DNA from: Octopus vulgaris
Lineage: Eukaryota
Length of the DNA: 64,000 nt
Direction of reading: 5' to 3'
NCBI GenBank assembly: GCA_951406725.2
Contig: OX597816.1
Span: 123,628,001 to 123,692,000, forward strand
The translations under genes and the position numbers were made by a program. A model generated the notes under the pieces. The model saw nothing but the letters and a program-made list of their open reading frames with translations. It made no database searches and was not told the origin of the DNA. Below are positions 52,445 through 64,000 of this stretch, piece by piece. Positions within the stretch are counted from its first letter, which is position 1; every line of letters begins with the position of its first letter.

Positions 52445-53631
52445 AATAAAAAGGAATTTTGTTAAATCTTCGTTCATCTCCATTTCTTCCTACACTAAAT
52501 ATATATATATATATATATATATATCATTGGAAAGTGATAATAGCAGAGGAGGACCAAAAAAGACAAGGGAAAAAGAATAATGAGATGATGATGATGATGT
52601 ATAACTAAGCTTGTCTATAGAATAATGTTTAAAGCATATAAAACAAAATAACCCTTCTAAATTATGTTCATAATTTTGTAAGATGTCTTCTCATAGTTTA
52701 CATTAGTAGGAAAAAAGAAATTATACAAATATTCAAATTTACAAAGCAAAGCTCACAGCATATTAAAAGAAAAGAAAAACATCAAAAACAAACAAAAAAT
52801 CTTAAAAACTTGCATCATATTCTAAAAGAAGAGAAACATCTGCATTCGAAATAGAAAAACTAAGAAATAATATTGTGGATTAACAACTTCTATGTATCAG
52901 TTTACAAAATCAGATTGGCATACTTGTCTAATTAGCGAAATGTAAAAAGAAAAAAAAAAAAAGAAAGAAAAAAGAAATAATAATAATGATAATGCCTTAA
53001 GCCAAGTAAATACTGGTTAGAAACTGATTAGAATTCCAAGCAGGAGGCAATGCATAAGCCAGAGTTTCAACAACAGTTATTTTGGGCAAATGAATATTAA
53101 AGCAGACCTTTGTTACATATATGAATTAGTTGATCTGATGAACTGTATGTTAATTATCTATTCTCAATTACTTTATTTGATAATTGTTCACTTCATAGAT
53201 GTATGTCTCTTACCACCAGCAAGTTGTATAATAGACACTTCTGAAACAATAATGCAGGTACTACTTCTTGACCTGGCAACACTCATTATATTCTCAGCAT
53301 TCAGTTTGGTCTATATTGCTCTCAGTCAAATTATCATAAGCAAGCTTACATGCGCACACACACACACACACACACACACATGCACACACAGATTCATAGA
53401 TATAGATATATGTGTATATATTACATGTGTGCGTGTATGTATGCATGTATGTATGAATGCATATATGTATGTAGGTTTGTGTGCATGCATGCATGCATGT
53501 ATGTTTATGTATTTCAATCTGGTAATTTAATTAGTCCATAATTATGAAAGTACCCATATTCACTGTGTGTGTGTGTGTATGTGTGTGTGTGTGTGTGTGT
53601 GTGTTAATTTTAATATTACCAGTATCATAAA

Positions 53632-54070
53632 GGTGGTGAGCCAGTAGAATTGTTAGCAGGTGGGGCAAAATGCTTAGCAGTATTCTGTCTGCTTTACATT
53701 CTGTGTTCAAATTTTGTTGAGGTTGACTTCACCTTTTTTACTTAAAAGAACTACCAGTTGAGTGCTGGAGTCAATATAATCAACTTACTCACTCCTCCCA
53801 AAATTGCTGGCCTTACACCAAAATTTGAAACCAGTATTATCAGTATCATAAATGTGAAAAGCTGGCAGTATTGTTAGCATGCCGGATAAGATGCCGAGCA
53901 GTATGTCATCCATCTTTATGTTCTGAGTTCAAATTCCAGCCTAGTCAGTTTCATCTTTTATCTTTTTCAGGTCAATTCTATAAGTACCATTTGAGCACTG
54001 GGGTCAATGTAATCTACTTACCATTCCTCAAAGAAAATTGCTGGCCTTACACCAAATTTGAAACCAGTGT
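53632..54070 (+). mobile_element. Two consecutive family-A SINEs
   Basis: Both end AATTGCTGGCCTTACACCAAA(A)TTTGAAACCAGT. Confidence 0.75.
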
Positions 54071-54736
54071 TACCAGTATCATATTGAATATGTTTGGGCT
54101 AAATTCTTGGCAAAGAACTTGCCATTGTAGGAGGGGACTCAAATAACCATGTGTGAAGAAGCACGAATGGTCTTGATGGAACCTATGATATTAAAAGAAA
54201 CGATGTAAGGAACAGAAAGGATGAAAGGGCTTTAGAGTTGAAGATGATAATTCCCAATTCCAGAAAGTAGTTGATAAACTCATTACATACTGTTCAGGTT
54301 GATCGACACCAACTGTTGACAATGTGATTGTACACAGGAAAGAAAGAAGAGACCTTTGAAATATAAAAGTAGAGAGTGAAAGATGGGGAGAGAATTTGGT
54401 GGATACCAGTCAAGGTTGTGGAGGTTGAAAAATGGTGATAGTAAGGAAGGCTATAAAGAGAGAAGTAGAGGTAGTGGAGGAGGAAGTTTCAGATTGAAGA
54501 AAAAATCGACAGAGAATGTGCTGAGTCAAAAGAATGTCAGGGAGATGTGCTTAAGATTTCAAGGAAGTTAGCAGAGGGGAGATGCAATGTGATAGGAGTA
54601 GCTGTCTGAAGGAAGAATGGGGGCAAAATATATTATGGATTCATATACAATTAAGGTGAAATGAAAGGGCTATTTAGAGAGGTAGATGAATGAGAAGAAT
54701 GAATAGGATGACAAAGAGAGCAGTCCAGTTCTAGGA

Positions 54737-54933
54737 CCGTCAGACTATTACCTTTTCAGGTAACTTTCCAGCAGTCTGCAAGATGTTTCATCCAACAATA
54801 ACATGAACCTGCAAATGTGACTCAATGAATTCTTTGAGTCACGACCCAGTAATTTCTACTATCAAAGTATTGACAAGCTAGTGGAATGTTAGCAAGAAGA
54901 TGGGAACAATGAAGGAGAATATATTATTCAATG
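54737..54933 (+). mobile_element. mariner (DD34D-type) transposase C-terminal fragment
   Basis: PSDYYLFR...EFFESRPSNFYYQSIDKLVEC*Q...NEGEYI. Confidence 0.75.
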
Positions 54934-56189
54934 ATTTGTTAGAATTGTTGGCAAAAAATTAGAATTAGAATAAACAGAAAAACAAGTTATCTAACAACTT
55001 TCTATTTAATGCTTATTTATTCCTCCTGTTTAACTTTTCACACATTCTTTATTCTACTCTTGCAGTCTTTAAAGTTTTTCATTTTAATTTCTCATTCAAT
55101 TAACTTATCATCTTGCAGCACTCCTACAAACTCATATCTCTCATTATTCTTCAGTGATCTATTAATATTAACTTGTGGTAATTTTATACTGTCAGAGTTT
55201 ATCAGTCAACCTCTCTTCATAATTAACACTGCACACTTATTTATCCCAGACTGCATTCCAATATCTTTGTTGAATACTATTACTCTTTGAATTAGAGAAC
55301 ACAGATCCTTTTCATTTTTTTTGTATATAGTTCGACGTCATCGATATAAAGCAGGTAATTTATTTTCACCTTGGTTTTGGCAGGCATAGACTTTTCTCAG
55401 TATACATGTCAGAGGGATAAGCATGAGTCTACCTGGAATATCTCAGTATATATTTTCACATTACCTAATGATTCATTTGCATATTTTAGTCCTACGTCTC
55501 ACACACTCATTGCTTTTTCCAAGAAGCTGTTTACCTTCTTGTGGACTCTGAGTGTCCTCAGCCACCTCCAAGAGCAAGTACCACAAGATTTCCTGTAGTC
55601 TATCTATCCAACGGCTAAATTATCCTTTCTTAATTACATATCACTTAGAATCCTACTATCCATATACAGTTGATCATGTGTCCTCCTTGACTTCTTTCTG
55701 CATTCCTTTTGCTCCTCTAGTAAGAGATTCTTCTTCTCCAGAAAGTGATATATTTCATCTGCTATGAGACCAGTTAATAATTTCCAGCTTGTAATAGGTC
55801 ACTAACTATGTTAATTCTTTAAACAGCCTTAATTTCTTCAACAATGTTTGTACATTTCATAATAATTTACCTTTAGCCACTTCATCAAGTACAGTGAAGG
55901 TTAAGCTTGCTTATGAGGTCAGAATAAGACTGATAAATGTTGAGGATTTCTTGAAAAATAAAGATATTAATGTCATCATTTTCTCTTGTGTCACATATAT
56001 TTCTGGCTAGCTATTCAAAGCACCACCATGCATTAAACATTTTAATACAAACCAGTCTATCTACAAAATATCTGGTGTCACAATTCTGAAATCAGAACAT
56101 TTGGAAAGACAAGTTCCATAGACTTGGCAGAGTCTGAAAATTAAGAATGAAATGCTATTGGTCATAAAACCATTCATAATGACAATGAC

Positions 56190-56610
56190 GATGGTGGTGG
56201 TGGTTTTGGTGGTGGTGGTGATGATGATGATGGTGATGATGATGATGGTGGTGGTGGTGGTGGTGGTGGTGGTGGTGATGATGATGATGATGGAAATACT
56301 CATTCCACTGGTTTCTGTTATGTTCCATGGAATGAACCATTAAAAGAACTCTAACATGAATGATAATAATGGTATTACGAGATTTTTACACTGGCATCTG
56401 TTTGAACTCACAATTATTTATTGATTGCAACTGAGAGTTCATGGTTTTATCTTTACAACCTGCATTTCAAAACAGTCAAGAGAGAAAAGTTGAAAATTCC
56501 AGCCTATAAAAGCTGTTTTAAGAATAATGATGCGGAAATTTTAATAAACTACACACTACTCCTAACTTCACCAACCCTAAAATAGTTTAATTTAGAATAA
56601 TGACGGTGAC

Positions 56611-56643
<33 letters not shown>

Positions 56644-56798
56644 GGTGGTGGTGGTGGTGGCGGTGGCGTTGGTGGTGGTGGTGGCGGTGATGATGATGAT
56701 GATGACGATGATGATGATGATGATGATGATGATGACAATGATGTCGATGATGATGATGATGACAATGACAACGATGACAACAATGATGATGATGACAA

Positions 56799-56835
<37 letters not shown>

Positions 56836-56897
56836 TAAGAAGAAGAAGAAGAAGAAGAAGAAGAAAAAGAAGAAGAAGAAGAAGGAGAAGAAGAAAA
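56190..56897. repeat. Trinucleotide microsatellite cluster (GGT/GAT/AAT/GAA) in two blocks
   Basis: Blocks at 56190-56292 and 56600-56897. Confidence 0.95.
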
Positions 56898-58427
56898 TAA
56901 CTAAAAAACATTCATTCTTTTTTTCAATTCAAAAATTATCATCAAATATTTCTCCAGTGAGAGCGTCAATATCTTTGATGTTTTGTTTCTTTTCTTACAT
57001 AAAGCCACACGTAAGGTGTTTTAAACTAATGATTTACATTTAAATAGCAAATAATTAACATTACTTAGTATAACTAACCACACAGGCAAAATATGTTATC
57101 TCTACAACTACAATATACAGAAAGAAATGTCTCATTTAACTTGATTTCATTTAGTTTGTCTCAGTACTCCTACAGTCCAAAATTAGTTTGGTTCCCAGAG
57201 ACTTGGATGTTTATCAGTTTTGAATAATTGAAAATTAATTATGCGCAAAAGGAAAGTGATAAATAAATAAAAGAAGAAAAATATTTTCTTGCATTTTCTT
57301 CTCTCCCCACCCAGCAGTTATTTATCTATTTTTCTTTTTTCTTTTTTTTTTTTGTCAGAACAGGAGGTTTAAGGTTATCAGAAGCATTTAGGAAAAAAAA
57401 TAATACTAATAAATAAACAAAAAATCAATCAATAATTTCTTTGTAAGATGGATTTTATTGGCAAGCATTTGGACACTCATTAGGAGCATTACATTGAAGG
57501 GAGAACATAAAGACAGAGAATGGGTTTAAACTGGATGAGACTTCACTGTTTAAATAAATCAATCAGTCCATTTTCAGTGAAGAGAAAAGAGAAGTCCCTG
57601 GGTACAGGATATTTACAATGGAGTACGAGTCGAAGTTTCAATACTGATCTCAAATAAACTGAGGATAAAAGGAGTGAATGAATACAATGTTGGCTATATG
57701 GGGAAAAAAAGAATATACAATTTGATGAGAAAATTCCTAAAGCAATGCCAAATAATGCTGAACAAAAGAGGAGAAGATAAACAGTTATAGATAGACAGAG
57801 ACATATAAAGAAGAAAGAAGAAAAAGAGGAGGTGGTTATGAAATGAATTAAGAGAAAAATGGAAATTGAACGAGTATGTACTATTATTAGTACTATTTTA
57901 TCTCTCAAGATTCTCTTGTGCCACATTCTTGGAATAGAATCTGTTAATTCACTCCAAGACTTCATTTAACTGTAGTTAAGCTTTGAAATAAAAATAGCTT
58001 GTATACTTATTTCTGTAAAATATTAAGGAGATATTATGAGTAAAAGGTCTCAACAGACTCGATGGTGCATTGGGTAAACAGAAATTTATTAAACAGGAAG
58101 CTTATAGAAAGGGCAATGATTATGATGGGGATAAAGTTCCAGAATTTAGTAATTTATAAATGTGATTCTCTTTTTACTCAGCAAGATATGTCAGTAATGG
58201 TGTATTCTTAGAGAATAAACTAGCTTACATGAAATCGATTTTTAAATTAAACAACAGAAATTCCATTTAACACACACACACATGCATCTTGTTTAAATGT
58301 TACTTAGATTTGGAGCTTCCTTATGCACGACTTATTGTATGTTGCTAAAATTAAATGCCTCATTTCTACCTCTTTTACTTAATCTACAACTGCAGGGGAT
58401 GGAGTTCTGTGGTGCTATACTAAATGG

Positions 58428-58428
<1 letters not shown>

Positions 58429-58521
<93 letters not shown>

Positions 58522-58540
58522 GTGTGTGTGTGTGTGTGTG
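58429..58540. repeat. (TG)n microsatellite
   Basis: Read directly from the sequence. Confidence 0.97.
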
Positions 58541-58659
58541 AAGGGAGCAAGCCTATCTATATAAAATATATTTTGACTGAAGCAAATGAAGAGAATTTCA
58601 GTCTAGCTTAACTGTGTGTGCAAACATACACACACATACACACAAAGTCATCTATATAA

Positions 58660-58716
<57 letters not shown>

Positions 58717-60736
58717 CACATGCTATATGCAAACACATACACACATACATACGCACACACACAGACACACACACACATATACACACATATGAAACCACAC
58801 ATACACATTTCTTCATTGCCATATTCTAATGCTAATAACAGTACTCTCAATGCTGTTATCCAGGATAACAGCTCACTTTTGTGTATGTACACTGAACCAG
58901 GGCTCACATGTTCTTGTACAAATGGATTCACATACATGGTGGTCATGGTGATGAATAGTTAATGCCAGTTTAAAGCAGTACAGACCAGTTTTCTTTTATT
59001 CTTTTTTCTTTGTAAACTATGTGCTTGTGTAGCTTTTACAACATTGACTATGAGTGAGTGCCAGCCAATGCAATCTTTTATCAGTTCTTCCTATCTGATC
59101 TGGACCATTAGAGATTGTTTTAGTATTTGGCTGAGCTTATCACTATATATCTTCTTTTGACCTCCCTGTCATTGAGCATTAATTTGGAGCTCAGAATAAA
59201 AGTCCACTTTAGAAAGCTGGACATGGGAATGCCACACAAGTTGTCCCATTCCTCTCAGCCATGATTTTAGTTAGCATTTTTTCAATATTGATGTTCTTTG
59301 CTTGCAATAGGACCTCTTACACAGAAAGAGTTACATTTAATCAATAGGGTAGAAAATAATGTAATATCTTGATGTGTGAATATTAAGTAATTTAATGAAG
59401 TACCTTATCCCATTTAATCCTGCAAGAATTTCATGTTAAAAGTTTAAATAGTGCAATAGATTGGTCAGTGTCAGGATGGGCTAATTTGAAGCATTGACTG
59501 TTAAGCAATCTAAGATTGTCATATATCCTGTGTGGTTCCACAAGAGTAAAAATTCTCATTTGTTTGGAATTTATCTGGTTTGTTGAGTTTGATTCATAGT
59601 GTCTATTTGCATAGTTGTAAGTACGCTAACTCTGTAATTATTATAGGATTTTTGGTTGTTGCTTTTATTCTATTTGCTTTAAAACTACAATCTATATATA
59701 TATATTTTATTTTGGTGGTGGAGGTACCTTGATAACACCTCTTTCCCCAATTTTTATCCCCTTTTTCCCTGGCTCACCCCTTTTCCCATTATTTATTTTG
59801 GTATGATTGTACTTCAAAACCTGAACCACAGTGATAAATTGCAATTTGAAATTAGTGCCTCTGTAACTCAGTCCTGGAGGAGTAATTTTCCTGTTAGTAT
59901 GTGTCATACCAATTCCTGTTAATTCATTGCACATACTAGGGAACAAAAAATAGCTGATGTCAGAAAAAATATCCTTCAGCCAAAGAAAGTGTCAAGAAAG
60001 GACACAATAGAAACATGTGCAAGAATATCTAAAGTAGTAACATGCATGACATAAATGAAAAATTAGCAATTAGCAATCCAACGTACAAGCAGGTGCGATA
60101 TGCTAGCTGGAATAATGTACTTGATGATTAACACTGGCTAGTATATTATCTATTTGAGCAGAACCAGGTGCAGCATATTGGTAGAAATCAGTGATTAGCA
60201 AATGACACATCGTGTGATTTGTGCTAACAGAAATCAGAGGTTAGTGAACCAGCATTGACAACAGCACATACAATGAACTAATAGAAATTGACATGACACA
60301 TGCGAATATGAAAATTACATCTCCAGGAGCTAATTTTAGATGCACTCATCTCAAATTGTAAGTGCAAAGCACAAACTCAACATAAAGAGTATTCAAGTAT
60401 TTCAAAAGCATTTGTGCAAACAGCTATGAAGTTGTATTCATATAATCTGGAACACATCATGAAAAAATCGAATTGTTGGAATATATATGTTCTTATATTT
60501 GTTAATAAAAGTCATGCTCTCTCTGAAGATTTGACAATGTTATCTGCTTGTAAGGTTTTCCTTCTCATTATTAGTGAAATATGTGTAAGATTTTTATAAC
60601 TAAATACTTTTTGAAGAAATTTTCCTATTTTGTTTGATATATGTGTGTGTGTTTGTGTGTGTGCGCACATGTGTTTGTATGCATGCATGTGCATGTGAAT
60701 GTGTAAGTATACATACATGTGTGCATATGTGTATGT

Positions 60737-60782
<46 letters not shown>

Positions 60783-60999
60783 TGAAAAGCAACGTAAGAC
60801 AAAGTATAAAATGCTAAAATAATTTTATCATGAAATGGGAATGCAGTAGTTTTAATGGACACGGTATACTATATAACTCTAGTGCTATCCATATTAGAAG
60901 ATATAACATGCTATGAAAAGGTCCAACACTACAGTTAGCAGAAAATAATGAGAAGCCTAAAAACTCTGATGAACCTATACAGAGAAGGGCTCACCGACA

Positions 61000-61830
61000 A
61001 AGAATACAACTATTCATTAGCATTGAACAGGTACACATGGAGGCACAACTTGGTCCTTAAGGTTATCTTCAATGGTATAAAGAATCAAATTCATCTCAAC
61101 AACACTGAGGAAAAAGCGTTAAAAGTACCATCAAGAGAGTTCATTACCTTCGTGCGACCAGGTCAGCAGATCCGTTTCAAGAAGAAGACCAAGAAACTTC
61201 CTGAGGAAAATGAAAAGTGGAACGGCTATTGGGAGGTAACTGCAGATTTACCTGGGTGCCAGGTTTTCTATCCCATCCCAGTTTCGAAAAAACCAGATAT
61301 TTTGATGTGGTGTGAAAGAAAGAAAGTTGTAAATATAGTCGAGCTAACAATTCCTCATGAAGATAATATGGACGCTGCTCGAGCTCGAAAATTAAACCGT
61401 TATGAAAACCTTCTCGAGGAATGTGAAGACGCAGGCTAGAAAGTGGAACATTTTCCTATCGAAGTCGGATGTAGAGGGTTTGTAGGACACAGCATGAGAC
61501 AACTGCTGTTATCGTTAGGCCTAACTCATCGTAAAGTCAATACCACCATGACTGATATCCAATCTACAGTGGAGAAGGCTAGCCACTGGATTTGGTTAAA
61601 AAGAGACGATGAGTGATGGCTAGAAGTATATTGAGTTCTTCATAACCAGCTGATCTAGCAAGCGGGGCCTCATATCAGTGAGGGGGGCCGGTGCGCATTG
61701 ATGGCATTGAGAGGTAGGCCCCGAAACGGCGTGCATTCTCTCCTGATGACCCCATACACTTGCTAGCTTCCGATATATGGAGCTTTTAACTGGTAGCACT
61801 TGCATGTGCAAGTTGTTTGCAAGACATGAC
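61000..61830 (+). mobile_element. 5'-truncated Hero/NeSL-type non-LTR element: restriction-like endonuclease domain and 3' UTR
   Basis: RYTWRHNLVL, KPDILMW, VELTIPHE and, past the premature stop at 61437, PIEVGCRGF and EKASHWIWLKR. Confidence 0.88.
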
Positions 61831-62567
61831 TAACTTCAAAAGTAAATCCAGTCAATTTGACAGTATTCCTCTTTTGAATGCTTCCACCACAGACGACACT
61901 CTACAAGGGTCTTTGAATAATACCTACACAAATATTAAAATGATAGATATATTAAGAACAGTCGCTACCCATGAATTTATTTAAAACAGTTTCTACCACT
62001 ACTGCTATAACCACAGCAGATCATTTTAGATCACTTGACCATTAAAGTAGATTCCATAGACAGCTCTACTACTGGGTCATACCACTCCCATCATCATCAT
62101 CATCATCATCATCATCTTCTTCTTCTTCTTCTTCTTCTTCTTCTTCTTCTTCTTCTTCTTCTTCTTCTTCTTCTTCTTCTTTCCTTCTTCTTCTTGTCTC
62201 CTTCTTTGGCTGCTGTTGCTTAAACCATCAAACTTCAGAACCAAACATTTCTCTGCACCCATAAACATTATTTCCTCAGTTCTACTACTATCAACCAAGC
62301 CTTCACAAAGGAAATGAGAGACAGACAAAAAAAAAAAAACGGAAATGTCCTACCAATTTAAAGACTATGGAAATATTTACAAAACATTTCATATAATTTT
62401 TTCTTCAATTTAATTGTTTTTCTTGTTTTACTCTTAGTTGAATAAGTCAAAATGACTGAAACTGGTATTAACCTTTACAAAATGTATCTCATGATAAAAT
62501 TATTTTAGCATTTTCTACCTTGTCTTATTTCCTTATATAAATATATACAAATATATATTTATATAAG

Positions 62568-62612
<45 letters not shown>

Positions 62613-63569
62613 TGTAAGGAATATATATATTTAGAGAGAGAGAGAGAGAGAGATAAAAGTGATTTAGATATGAAACCACATAGTTTTTTTTTACTCCAGC
62701 CAATAACTAATTATAAATGGCCATTGGAGATGTAGGCAAATTGCAGCAAATAATGGAGGAAGGAAAATAATTCTAGCTAAAGAAAGATTTGATACAAGAT
62801 ACAAGTCTGAAAAATAAATATAAGATTATTGTAATACTGAACATTACCTAAATTTCAGATTTTGCTCCAGGGTATGTCACGAGACTGATAGAAAGGAATG
62901 TATTAATAGCTAACTTAGCAACACAACAAAACAAAGATATTTTCATCCATTAAATTACCTTGCATAATGACCAATTATGGTTTGATTACTTCAGTTGAAT
63001 TTGCATGAACAATGATTTATCTTGGTTGTTCTGTCTGAACCAAGTTCATTGACATTTTATCATGACTTGAAATAATAAACTTTATAGTTAATTTATTGCT
63101 ACTTATCTACTGTCAAGTTAGCTGATATTGCCTGTAAAGCACCCAACCATTTGTAAATTTCCAATTAGTTTGTTTTCCACTCTCATGCTGTTCTTTCTAT
63201 GTTTTGTGGGACTCTTCTCCTGGGAAAATAAAATTAAAAAGGTTTATTGTTTAACCAAGGCTCAAACTGAGAACACATGACATATAAGCTGAACTACTAT
63301 TTGACAAACACATTAATTATATCACAAAACAAATTTAAAATGATTAATATAAGTTCTACAATCTTCACAGCTTTACATCATGTCTCCTAATAGTATTAAA
63401 TATATCACTATCACAATGTAACTGAGCTAAAGCTTCTTCAGATATTTGTGTCTTAAAAAGTATCCCCAATAGGCCAATCTATGAGTTATTTCAGCATAGA
63501 AATGTTTGATTGTATAAAATTAAGATTCAGGACAGTGTAATAAAGTATGTTCTATACTTCTTTAATATA

Positions 63570-64000
63570 AGTTTCAAATTCTGGCACAAGGCCAGTAATT
63601 TGGGGGGAAAGGGTAAGTCGATTGCATTGACCCCAGTGTTCAATTTACACTTATTTTATCAACAATGATAGGATGAAAGTTTAAGTTGATTTTGCCAGAA
63701 TTTGAACTCAGAATGTGTTATCCAACATGCTAATGCCTCTGCCAGCTTGCCGTCTTATACTTATTTAATATCAAAAGTGGTGTTAGGGTGGTATACAAAC
63801 AGAATCATTAGCATACTGGAAAAAATGTTTAGTAGCATTTCATCTATCTTTTCTTCTAGGTTCTGAGTTCAAATTCCACTGAGGTCAACTGTGTCCTTTA
63901 TCATTTTGGGGTCGATAAAATAAGTACCAGTTGAATTCTAGATCCAATGTAATTGATTCAATGCATCCCCTAAACTTGCTGGCTTTGTGCCAAAATTTTA
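63570..64000. mobile_element. Divergent pair of family-A SINEs (- then +)
   Basis: 63570-63755 minus, ~63800-64000 plus. Confidence 0.7.

Larger units (their letters stand above)
51948..52505. mobile_element. 558-bp palindrome, probably inverted Penelope-like pseudo-LTRs
   Basis: 275-bp arms (51948-52222, 52231-52505) with 2 mismatches seen, an 8-nt loop AGAAAGTC and TA-repeat flanks. Each arm has a hammerhead and AATAAA. Confidence 0.85.

Noticed and set aside
52265-52465. ORF with chromodomain-like wording (WRIKFLDFPEEKAAKWTPYS) on both palindrome arms
   Set aside because: The segment is the hammerhead core and helices read as codons. The RNA structure explains it fully and the domain would need a frameshift.
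58810-58946. EGF-like (LCMYTEPGLTCSCTNGFT, +) or PH-helix-like (ELLSWITALR, -) exon
   Set aside because: The cysteine pattern is incomplete and neither strand has a convincing splice-site pair.
60948-61439. 163-aa ORF as a host gene
   Set aside because: It is a truncated Hero-type endonuclease with a premature stop, and the ATG comes from flanking sequence.
3451-62328. Numerous YI/HT/CV/poly-H/poly-M/poly-L ORFs in the ORF track
   Set aside because: They are translations of microsatellites.

Overview
Eukaryotic, AT-rich, microsatellite-dense DNA. The tRNA-derived SINE families and repeat landscape suggest an octopod cephalopod (inference). No complete host gene is supported. The window looks intronic or intergenic, with a few weak micro-exon candidates and one good RFX X-box. 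It consists mostly of decayed mobile elements: a Helitron 3' end, maT (DD37D), Tc1, mariner, pogo and hAT DNA transposons, piggyBac-type MITEs, R4, RTE, CR1 and Hero LINE fragments, Penelope-like remnants and many SINEs. The notable signals are non-coding: (1) a near-perfect 558-bp palindrome carrying an intact type I hammerhead ribozyme on each strand; (2) six further hammerhead-like motifs from different Penelope-like families; (3) several tail-out fold-back structures at TA microsatellites; (4) tandem amplification of a SINE body and of an RTE 3' UTR; (5) a 56-bp tandem repeat containing a 12-RSS-like motif. All family assignments come from motif recognition by eye, not database searches.
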